Shown piece by piece: positions 9,231 through 16,827 of a stretch of 32,000 nt of DNA. The stretch lies in the NCBI GenBank assembly GCA_028698185.1, contig JAQVDW010000018.1, positions 1 to 32,000 on the forward strand. The letters run 5' to 3'. The position numbers and the translations under genes were made by a program. The DNA comes from Erysipelotrichaceae bacterium (GTDB lineage: Bacteria; Bacillota_I; Bacilli_A; Erysipelotrichales; Coprobacillaceae). A model generated the notes under the pieces. It saw only the letters and a list, made by a program, of their open reading frames with translations, was not told the DNA's origin and did no database searches. Within the stretch, counting starts at the first letter, position 1; every line of letters begins with the position of its first letter.

Positions 9231-9247
9231 CTAATGGGTGGAAATTT

Positions 9248-10912
9248 ATGAACAAACTATATAAAGTAAAGACTAAAAGAGATTTGGCAGATGCTCTTGG
9301 GATCCCGTATAGAAAACTAACGTATATGCTCTACATATATAAAATTGAAAACTTCTATGAATCGTTTGAAATTGATAAGAAATCTGGCGGAAAAAGAAGG
9401 ATAAACGCCCCAAGAGGAGACTTGCTTGACTTACAAAGACAACTGGCAATGATGCTCGCCGATGTGTATGATAATATAAACGAAAACTGTCGAACTTTTT
9501 CGAACATTTCTCATGGATTTGAAAAAAGAAAAAGCATTATCACTAATGCAAAAATGCATAAAAACAAACGTTATGTTCTTAATTTGGATATAAGTGATTA
9601 TTTTGATAGTTTCAGTTTTGCAAGGGTTATGGGGTTTTTTATAAAAAATTCCAATTTTGAAATGTCAATTGAAGCGGCAACAGTGCTTGCACAATTAACT
9701 TGTTATGAAGGTAAATTACCCCAGGGAGCTCCAACCTCGCCCATTATTTCAAATATGATTTGTAGGATATTAGATTTGCGAATAGCAAAGATTTGTAAGA
9801 GAAATAAAGTTGTGTATTCTAGGTATGCTGATGACTTAACTATCTCTACTAACAATAAATACTTCATTGAAAATTATGAAGATTTTGTATCTAAACTTAG
9901 AGATGAAATTGAGAGATTTGGATTATCTATAAATGAAAAAAAGACTCGATTGTTAACTAACTACGCGAGGCAAGAAGTCACGGGTCTTGTTGTAAATAGA
10001 AAGATAAGCATAAAAAGAGAGTATTGTAAAGATACTAGAGCTATGCTTCATCAATTATTGAAAACTGGCGATTTTTTAATAGATAAACATCCAGGAACAA
10101 TAAGGCAGTTAGAAGGCAGATTTGCGTTTATCAATCAGATTGATTGGTACAATAATAGTTTTGATGGCAATGATCATGGTTTATATAAACTTAATTCTAG
10201 AGAGCGTCAATACCAAAAATTCTTGTTCTATAAATATTTTTACGCTAATGATATGCCTTTAGTTGTTACTGAAGGGAAAACGGATATAATTTATCTTAAG
10301 GCGGCCTTGAGAAAATACCACAAAAAGTACCCATCATTAATAGAAATGAATAACGGAACGTATAGATACAAGGTTTCTTTTTTGAAAAAGAGCAAACGAA
10401 TTAGATATTTTTTAGGTTTTCAGCTTGACGGAGCAGACTCGATGATAAAGATATACAAATACTATACTAAAGGTGGGAATTGTCCGAATTATTTTGAAAT
10501 TATTAGTAAATTGAGCAAAAATGGACCATCTAACCCAGTGATATTACTATTTGATAATGAGCCTCAAAAAAATAAGCCATACTGTAAATTTAGACAAGAG
10601 GCAAAATTAAAAAACAGCCCTCCAGATAATACTAATTTGTCGGATAAACTAGAAGGTAATTTGTATCTTCTAACTGTCCCTATGATGCAAGGAAAATGCG
10701 AGAGTGAGATGGAAGATTTATTTCATGATTCGGTTCTTGAGGTTAAGATTGGTAGTAAAGAATTTAGTCGAGATCCGCACGCTGATTCTAGTAAATATTT
10801 CGGTAAGACTAAATTCGCCGAATATGTTCATAAAAATTTCGAAAATATTGATTTCTCAAATTTTGTGCCACTACTTGATGAATTGAATGATATAGTTATG
10901 AAATTTGAATGA
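9248..10912 (+). CDS. Retron-type reverse transcriptase fused to a C-terminal Toprim-like domain
   Basis: Based on track ORF 9191..10912. The start is moved to ATG 9248 (MNKLYKVK, RBS GGTGGA) because 9191-9247 overlaps msd/a2. RT motifs present are KKSGGKRRINAP, SHGFEKRKSIITNAKMH, LNLDISDYFDSF, LPQGAPTSP, YSRYADDLTIS (YADD codons 9824-9835), INEKKT and the retron-specific VTGLVVN (9977-9985). In the C-terminal region, PLVVTEGKTD (Glu codon 10271-10273) and ILLFDNE (10553-10561) resemble the Toprim E and DxD motifs. Confidence 0.88.
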   Translation: MNKLYKVKTKRDLADALGIPYRKLTYMLYIYKIENFYESFEIDKKSGGKRRINAPRGDLLDLQRQLAMMLADVYDNINENCRTFSNISHGFEKRKSIITNAKMHKNKRYVLNLDISDYFDSFSFARVMGFFIKNSNFEMSIEAATVLAQLTCYEGKLPQGAPTSPIISNMICRILDLRIAKICKRNKVVYSRYADDLTISTNNKYFIENYEDFVSKLRDEIERFGLSINEKKTRLLTNYARQEVTGLVVNRKISIKREYCKDTRAMLHQLLKTGDFLIDKHPGTIRQLEGRFAFINQIDWYNNSFDGNDHGLYKLNSRERQYQKFLFYKYFYANDMPLVVTEGKTDIIYLKAALRKYHKKYPSLIEMNNGTYRYKVSFLKKSKRIRYFLGFQLDGADSMIKIYKYYTKGGNCPNYFEIISKLSKNGPSNPVILLFDNEPQKNKPYCKFRQEAKLKNSPPDNTNLSDKLEGNLYLLTVPMMQGKCESEMEDLFHDSVLEVKIGSKEFSRDPHADSSKYFGKTKFAEYVHKNFENIDFSNFVPLLDELNDIVMKFE

Positions 10913-11524
10913 CCGCATGCCTCAGGTTGAAAATTCCAGTAGTGATATATCGAGATTTGGTAGTTCAAAAATCCAACTAATTTCTACATTTCAGATCATA
11001 TATCTTCTTTTCGCGAACCAAAAGTGATGCATACTGTGTTTTATGGGCATTTAAATTATGAAATGTGATTATTAAAATTTCAATACGAATTACTTTTCCA
11101 GAAGCAGCACTTAATTACTTTTTAACTAGAATCGATTAGCAAGTAATGGGTGGTTATAACAAGTAGACTTATATTGAATATGATAACTTTTGTTTTAGGT
11201 GCTAAGAAAGAAGAAACTTATCAGGAAAAATGAATGTTAACCTATTTGTTTAGGAAGGACTTGTCCTTGGAAGAACAATGCACTAGACCTATGATTATGT
11301 TAAAAGGGGGAATGTCGATGATTATTAGAGGATTTATCACTGGTTTACAAAGAATTTGTTTTAATGGCATTTCAATTAATCTTGGCCCTATAGGATTTAA
11401 TTTTGCTAGTAGTTCTTCCTAAATGAATAATAATGTTTGTATCTAATTTTGCAATCTAAACATCTTTTCGATATTTTCGTCAGTCAACGTACTCTGTTAC
11501 TATCAAAATCAATATTTTATTAAC

Positions 11525-11679
11525 TTAATACATTCCTGAATCGCCCAGATCGGCAGTTCTATTATGCACTAAATAATCGCATACTGGATGATCACTTGCT
11601 GCATCGTTCTGGATCAGTGCCAGGATCTCCAACGCTGATTTCAACGAAGTCACAAAGAAATATTCATTTTTTTGTCCAT
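11525..11679 (-). pseudogene. Small ORF (about 51 codons) interrupted by a frameshift in an A7 tract
   Basis: GGAGGTG plus 5 nt precedes ATG 11679. The frame reads MDKKMNISL then TGA. The +1 frame continues open as ...FFVTSLKSALEILALIQNDAASDHPVCDYLVHNRTADLGDSGMY then TAA (11525-11527). One extra A in the homopolymer (plus-strand T-run 11667-11673) would restore a 51-aa ORF. Confidence 0.35.
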
Positions 11680-11831
11680 GCTATCACCTCCATTCAAAAG
11701 TACATACTTAGTGGGAGGTGATTTTACTTTTAATTTTATAAATACAAGGTATAAGTAATAAGATATATCTATATACATATTGGTCTAATGTGGTTAAAAT
11801 GGAGTTAGATGATTAAAGAAAGGGAATTTAC

Positions 11832-12440
11832 ATGAAAGACACAGATAAAGCGTATTTTGAAATAGTTGATTTTTTACAAAATGCAGATTCGAAGTCATTG
11901 CTCTTAAAAGGTATCTCAGATGACGCGAAAGTCCAGTTGATGCTAAAATCCTTGCACGATGAAAAGCTACTAAGGGGTAGCGTTTATCTTATGCACATGA
12001 AAAAAGATGGGATTGAAAAGTTCTTTAGACCATTTAATATTCCTGGAAGGAAAAAAATCGCCCAATCAAAAACGTACGGTGAAGAAATTAGATTTAGTGA
12101 TATGCAACTAAGATTCTATAAGCTAAAATCATATACAGATTTTCTGATTAATGAAGGACAAATGGATTCTTTTTCGATAGTTTGGCCGATTCAAAGCGCA
12201 GTAGGGAATAGAGAAGATATTGCTAATCTAAAAAAATATATTGGCAGTGCTGATGTGAAGAAAATAATTCTAATCACTTACAATGTGGTACTTCAAGATA
12301 CAGAGGAGATTGAATCGATTGTTGATAAGGTTATAAAACTAGATAAGGAAAACGATGATCCAAAGGTATATAATAGAAGAATTGAAACCGCAAAATACAA
12401 TGATATTCGAAAAACTGCATTATCGGGCGAAAGATGGTGA
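11832..12440 (+). CDS. Hypothetical protein (202 aa), no recognisable motifs
   Basis: The ORF has RBS GAAAGGGA about 7 nt upstream of ATG 11832. Its AT-rich codon usage matches the retron insert. Its stop lies 18 nt from the IS21 relic breakpoint. Confidence 0.6.
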   Translation: MKDTDKAYFEIVDFLQNADSKSLLLKGISDDAKVQLMLKSLHDEKLLRGSVYLMHMKKDGIEKFFRPFNIPGRKKIAQSKTYGEEIRFSDMQLRFYKLKSYTDFLINEGQMDSFSIVWPIQSAVGNREDIANLKKYIGSADVKKIILITYNVVLQDTEEIESIVDKVIKLDKENDDPKVYNRRIETAKYNDIRKTALSGERW

Positions 12441-12458
12441 CATGTTTCCGCGTTTATA

Positions 12459-13071
12459 CCACGCAAATGATCAAATACGCTCATAGTCACGCCGTCCCAA
12501 TCAACCATGACTTTGTCGCCTGGTTTGTGATGAATGTGCATCGTCAAATTGTTTTTCTTTACATAATCCTGGTACAATTCAAAGTAACGGGTTTGATGAT
12601 AGAAAGGCAAAGATGCAGCGCGACATTGTTCCACATACTCACGCCACAATCCCCTAATGTATATTCCTGGTTTGAGTAACTCTTTATGGATGTAATCACA
12701 ATCAGGCAAAATTTGGACTGGTAGATACTTTTCATCTGGAAAAAGCAACGAATTAATCTCGACATCATTCATACTTTGAAACTGAACCCATGTCAATCCG
12801 GTATTATCAGCAGCCTTGAAAATCCTGCTGACTGTATTACGGGATAAATGAAGCGATAAAGCAATGGCTCGTTGGCTCTCACCATAAAAACGTTTCTCAA
12901 GAATTTTCTTGATTTCTTGCATGAAAAAACACCTCCTTAGTAGATGCAAGGTAGATTGTTATCTACACTTCAATTCTACTCCTAAAGAGGTGGCTCTGTG
13001 AGTGAACATTTTATATTTACAAAGTTGCTCTGTATGGTGAACACGGTGGCTCTCAACTAGCGGAATACTCA
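12459..13071 (-). mobile_element. Truncated IS21-family relic (IRL plus the first ~155 codons of istA)
   Basis: The terminus TGAGTATTCCGC is the reverse complement of the sequence ending at 13071, and GAGCCAC repeats are present. IstA-like translation runs from ATG 12922 (MQEIKKILEKRFYGESQRAIALS...DWDGVTMSVFDHL). Similarity to the full copy stops at about 12459, and there is no istB or IRR. The track ORF tail 12293-12458 is read-through into unrelated DNA. Confidence 0.88.
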
Positions 13072-13156
13072 ATTATAATGGGGGCCTAAATGGGGGCCTT
13101 GGAAAAACATATCTATGGAATAGTTGCTAAATAGTTAAAATATTTGTAGATAAAAC

Positions 13157-13199
13157 AAAAAAAGGTATTAAACACCTACAAAATAGTTGTTTAATACCT
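13157..13199 (-). terminator. rpsD rho-independent terminator
   Basis: A perfect 12-bp stem pairs AGGTATTAAACA (13163-13174) with TGTTTAATACCT (13188-13199). On the minus strand it is followed by a U-run (plus-strand A-run 13157-13163). Confidence 0.8.
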
Positions 13200-13214
13200 A
13201 AATTTTTATGAGGT

Positions 13215-13820
13215 CTATCCCATTCTGTTGTAGTACTCAACGATTAATGATTCATTGATTTCTTGATTCAATTCTGATCTTTCAGGCAATCTAGTCAATT
13301 TACCTGTCAACTTAGCTGCATCAACTTCAACGAAAGCTGGTACATGAGTACGTCCTTCGATTGCTGCTTTGATTACTGCCATGTTTAAAGATTTTTCTCT
13401 AACTGCGATCACGTCACCAACGTTTACTTTCATTGATGGGATGTCAGCTTTGATTCCGTTTAATGTGAAGTGTCCGTGGTTTACTAATTGTCTAGCCGCT
13501 CTTCTTGTTGAAGCGAATCCTAAACGGTAAACTACGTTATCCAAACGGCTTTCTAATAGGCAGAAGAAGTTGTAACCTGTGATTCCGTCCATTTTAGATG
13601 CTCTTTTGAATGTGTTGTGGAATTGTTTTTCGTTAACTCCATACATATGTCTCACTTTTTGCTTTTCAGCTAATTGTGCCCCATATTCAGTTTGTTTTTT
13701 TCTTTTTTGTCCGTGTTGCCCAGGAGCGTAAGGACGTTTGTTTAGTTCTTTACCGTTTTCTAAGGTAGAGAAACCTAAACGACGTGATAATTTCCATTGT
13801 GGTCCAGTATAACGTGCCAT
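13215..13820 (-). CDS. rpsD: 30S ribosomal protein S4
   Basis: The sequence [18 protein letters not shown]...[29 protein letters not shown] is canonical S4 and gives 201 aa. The start is ATG 13820, with GGAGG 10 nt upstream. The track ORF start at 13871 is rejected. Confidence 0.95.
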   Translation of the reverse strand: MARYTGPQWKLSRRLGFSTLENGKELNKRPYAPGQHGQKRKKQTEYGAQLAEKQKVRHMYGVNEKQFHNTFKRASKMDGITGYNFFCLLESRLDNVVYRLGFASTRRAARQLVNHGHFTLNGIKADIPSMKVNVGDVIAVREKSLNMAVIKAAIEGRTHVPAFVEVDAAKLTGKLTRLPERSELNQEINESLIVEYYNRMG

Positions 13821-13838
13821 TAATATTTTTCCTCCGTA

Positions 13839-13863
13839 TATTGTTTTAGCAAGTAAAACAATA
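13839..13863 (-). promoter_or_regulatory. Stem-loop in the rpsD 5' leader abutting the RBS
   Basis: A 10-bp stem pairs TATTGTTTTA with TAAAACAATA around the loop GCAAG, 4 nt from the GGAGG. It is a possible S4 autoregulatory element; that role is inference only. Confidence 0.35.
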
Positions 13864-14217
13864 ACCCGCATAGATTATCCAGGTTGTGTCCATATTAAGT
13901 ATTTCTCCTTGCAGCAAGATACTCTACAAACGTTGGTTATGAACGCAATTACTGAAACTCCATGTGCTGCTATCATTTATTGCTTTTCAAGCATAACCGA
14001 ATTGCCGGCCAAAGTCAAGAGAAAAACGGCGGAAATATCCCGATATTTTTAATGTTTTCCCATATTTGTTTTGGATCTTGGATATAATCGCGGGAATTTG
14101 GGAAAATATCGAATTTTAGCACCGCCGGGTCTTTTTGTTTCAAACGGGAGGCTTCTATGCTATAATCATTGTAAATATCGTGCAATTATGATATTCTAAC
14201 TAATCGAGGTGAAAAAC

Positions 14218-14607
14218 ATGAAAGAATTGATCTTATTGGTAAATTTGGAAGGTACCCAGGATGGTATCGCCATCGGTTCGATCGCCCGCAATCTCGGGGT
14301 CGAAGTGAAGCATTTGAACGACACTGATTTCAACCAGGAAGTGGGATATCTGATCGGTTTGGAATCATACGAATTCGATGATGAAGCGGACGTTTCATCG
14401 CTTGAAGACAAGATGATGGTACTCCACAACTTCTCGGATGAACAGATCGAATTGTTCCTGGATGTCTGCCGCCAGGCGGAAGTGTCTTACATCCCTTTAA
14501 AAGCGGTAACGACGCCGACAAACGTCCAATGGCGCTTTGTCGAGCTTTATAAAAATGTAAAAGCCGAATTCGAAGAAATGAAGCGGCTGCATGCAGGTCA
14601 AAATTAG
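14218..14607 (+). CDS. DUF3783-like small protein
   Basis: ATG 14218 follows GAGGTGA. The product is 129 aa with an acidic middle region and a C-terminal KAVTTPTNVQWRFVELYKNV pattern recalled from DUF3783 proteins. Confidence 0.6.
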   Translation: MKELILLVNLEGTQDGIAIGSIARNLGVEVKHLNDTDFNQEVGYLIGLESYEFDDEADVSSLEDKMMVLHNFSDEQIELFLDVCRQAEVSYIPLKAVTTPTNVQWRFVELYKNVKAEFEEMKRLHAGQN

Positions 14608-14616
14608 GAGGGGCGC

Positions 14617-15327
14617 ATGAATTCTAAAGTATGTATCGCATTGGATTTTGATTCGACTGCCAAGGTAGTTGAATTTTTGGACTCGTTTCCTGGCGGTGAA
14701 AAACTGCTGGTTAAAATCGGGATGGAAGTCTTCTATGGTCAGGGGCTGGAAATCATCAAGACGGTCAAAAGCTATGGCCATGATATCTTCCTTGATTTGA
14801 AACTCTATGACATTCCCAACACTGTCAAATCGGCGATGAGCCAGCTGGCCAAACTCGATGTGGATATCGTCAATGTCCATGCCAGTGGATCGATCGCAAT
14901 GATGAAAGCGGCGATTGAAGGGCTCGAAGAAGGTAAAATCAAGGACAAAAGACCGCTGTGCATCGCGGTCACCTGTCTTACTTCGCTCTCGCAGGAAGTG
15001 CTGAACAAGGAATTGCTTATCGACAGGACGATCGATGAAACGGTGCTTCAGTTTGCCAAAAACGCCAAAGAAGCGGGATTGGACGGAGTAGTGTGCTCGC
15101 CTTTGGAATCGAAACTGATCCATGACAATTTGGGATTGGATTTCTTGACAGTGACGCCAGGAGTCCGTCTTAAAGACGATTCCATCGATGATCAACAGCG
15201 CGTGACCACACCAAGTGACGCCCGGGTGTTGACATCAAGCTACATCGTGGTGGGCCGGCCGATAACCCGTGCCAAGGACCCATATGCCACATATAAAAAA
15301 ATCGTAAGAGAATTCGAAGGGGAATAA
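14617..15327 (+). CDS. pyrF: Orotidine 5'-phosphate decarboxylase
   Basis: The motifs [12 protein letters not shown] (DxKxxDIxNT) and VTPGVR are present in a 236-aa product. Confidence 0.93.
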   Translation: MNSKVCIALDFDSTAKVVEFLDSFPGGEKLLVKIGMEVFYGQGLEIIKTVKSYGHDIFLDLKLYDIPNTVKSAMSQLAKLDVDIVNVHASGSIAMMKAAIEGLEEGKIKDKRPLCIAVTCLTSLSQEVLNKELLIDRTIDETVLQFAKNAKEAGLDGVVCSPLESKLIHDNLGLDFLTVTPGVRLKDDSIDDQQRVTTPSDARVLTSSYIVVGRPITRAKDPYATYKKIVREFEGE

Positions 15328-15962
15328 TGATGGAAAAATTAATCGCAACACACTTATTGGATATTCAAGCAGTATTTTTAAAACCGAACGATCCGTTCAC
15401 TTGGGCCAGCGGAATCAAATCGCCGATCTACTGCGACAACCGGCTGACACTGTCGTTTCCGAAAGTCCGCAAGGATATCGAGGCCGGTCTTGCCAAACTG
15501 ATCAAAGAAAACTATCCTGAAGCCGAATGTCTGATGGGTACTGCCACTGCGGGAATTCCGCATGCGGCATTGGTTGCCGACATCCTTGATTTGCCAATGG
15601 GCTACGTTCGGGGCGGGGCAAAAAGCCATGGCCGCAACAACCGCATTGAGGGAGTGGTGAAACCAGGAATGAAAGTTGTCGTGGTTGAGGATTTGATCTC
15701 GACCGGGGGATCTTCACTTGAATGTGTCGAAGCCCTGAAAGAAGCCGGATGCGAAGTGCTTGGCCTGGTTGCCATCTTCACTTACGGTCTAGCCAAAGCT
15801 GAGGCCAACTTTGCCGCGGCGGAATGCTCATACCATACGCTGACAAATTATGATGCTTTAGTTGAGGTAGCTGTGGCTAAAGATTATATCGCTGAATCCG
15901 ACAAAGAAAAACTGTTTGCTTGGAAAAAAGATCCTAGCGACCAGTCATGGATGGACAAATAG
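15327..15962 (+). CDS. pyrE: Orotate phosphoribosyltransferase
   Basis: The PRPP-binding motif [13 protein letters not shown] is present. The start overlaps the pyrF stop (TAATG). Confidence 0.93.
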   Translation: MMEKLIATHLLDIQAVFLKPNDPFTWASGIKSPIYCDNRLTLSFPKVRKDIEAGLAKLIKENYPEAECLMGTATAGIPHAALVADILDLPMGYVRGGAKSHGRNNRIEGVVKPGMKVVVVEDLISTGGSSLECVEALKEAGCEVLGLVAIFTYGLAKAEANFAAAECSYHTLTNYDALVEVAVAKDYIAESDKEKLFAWKKDPSDQSWMDK

Positions 15963-15969
15963 GCAGTTT

Positions 15970-16827
15970 ATGAACAACGCCAAAATCCGTTTTGACACAG
16001 CTACAGTTTTGAAAGAGGCTTTTCAACCTTTGTTTTTGACTTTTCTGTTCATCCTGCTTATCAATCAGGGAATCAGCACGTTCGCTTCGATGTTTGGTCA
16101 AACGCTATCGCAGATTCTTACGCTTTTAGCCACTGTGGCGACCTTGCCTTTAGCCCAGGGCCAGGTAAAAGCGGCATTGAAGGCGGTCAACAACCAGATC
16201 GATGCCATCGATCCCAAAGACGATGGGCTGGCGGGATTTAGTCATTACCGCCGCTATTTCTCGACCTATTTTGTGGTCTTCATGATCACTTTGATGAGTG
16301 TTTTGATGATTGTCCTGGTGGGAGTCGTTCTGGTGCTTGCCACCCAGGGTGATGTGCTTTCGGGCCTGGGTGATTATTATCTGACATTCACCGATGTCAA
16401 CGCCCTGGTTTTGGCGATGCAAAGTGATGCGGCACTGATGAGTGCGATCTACTCGACACTGGGAATCGTGCTGGCCATCCTTGGGGTCATCGGGCTTGTC
16501 TATCTGTTTATCTACAGCCATATCGCACTGGCCCCCTTCATCCTTGAAAAGTATGACTATCGGGGACTTAAGGCGGTGACCACCAGCGCCAAATACATGA
16601 AGGGCAGGAAATGGGACCTGGTCAAACTGATGGTTTCCTTTTTGCCCCATGCCTTGCTGGGGGTGGTGGCGATGAGTGTCATCGACAGCTTCGTTTCCAA
16701 TATGGTTTTGGCCTCGCTTCTTTCGAGCATTGTCTTCATCGCTGTCTTGAATGTCCGTTTCAAGGTAGCCCTGGCTTACTTCTTCGAAGAAGCGGACATC
16801 GCCTACGAAGGACAGACCCATGACTGA
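15970..16827 (+). CDS. Polytopic membrane protein, DUF975-like
   Basis: The start is moved to MNNAKIRF (ATG 15970). The protein has several TM segments and a YMKGRKWDL motif reminiscent of DUF975. Confidence 0.55.
   Translation: MNNAKIRFDTATVLKEAFQPLFLTFLFILLINQGISTFASMFGQTLSQILTLLATVATLPLAQGQVKAALKAVNNQIDAIDPKDDGLAGFSHYRRYFSTYFVVFMITLMSVLMIVLVGVVLVLATQGDVLSGLGDYYLTFTDVNALVLAMQSDAALMSAIYSTLGIVLAILGVIGLVYLFIYSHIALAPFILEKYDYRGLKAVTTSAKYMKGRKWDLVKLMVSFLPHALLGVVAMSVIDSFVSNMVLASLLSSIVFIAVLNVRFKVALAYFFEEADIAYEGQTHD

Noticed and set aside
9191-9247. N-terminal extension of the RT ORF (track start 9191, MYIRIISILSGHAPNGWKF).
   Set aside because: It uses a non-ATG start and has no RBS. It also overlaps the msd region and the a2 repeat. 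ATG 9248 has a GGTGGA RBS and gives the usual retron RT N-terminus.
12293-12458. C-terminal tail of track ORF 12293-12949, antisense to the 202-aa gene.
   Set aside because: IstA similarity ends at about 12459. The remainder is accidental read-through past the truncation point, not a fusion protein with recognisable content.
13077-13100. Tandem 12-mer AATGGGGGCCTA / AATGGGGGCCTT, 6 nt outside the IS21 relic terminus.
   Set aside because: It is a tandem repeat on one side only, so it is not an IS target-site duplication, which would flank both ends. No function can be inferred from two copies.
13990-14217. Search for a PyrR-binding loop or attenuator upstream of the DUF3783-pyrF-pyrE genes.
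   Set aside because: I found no ARUCCAGAGAGGYU-like motif and no terminator/antiterminator pair. Only a plausible TTCAAA-16nt-TATAAT promoter is present (14139-14166).
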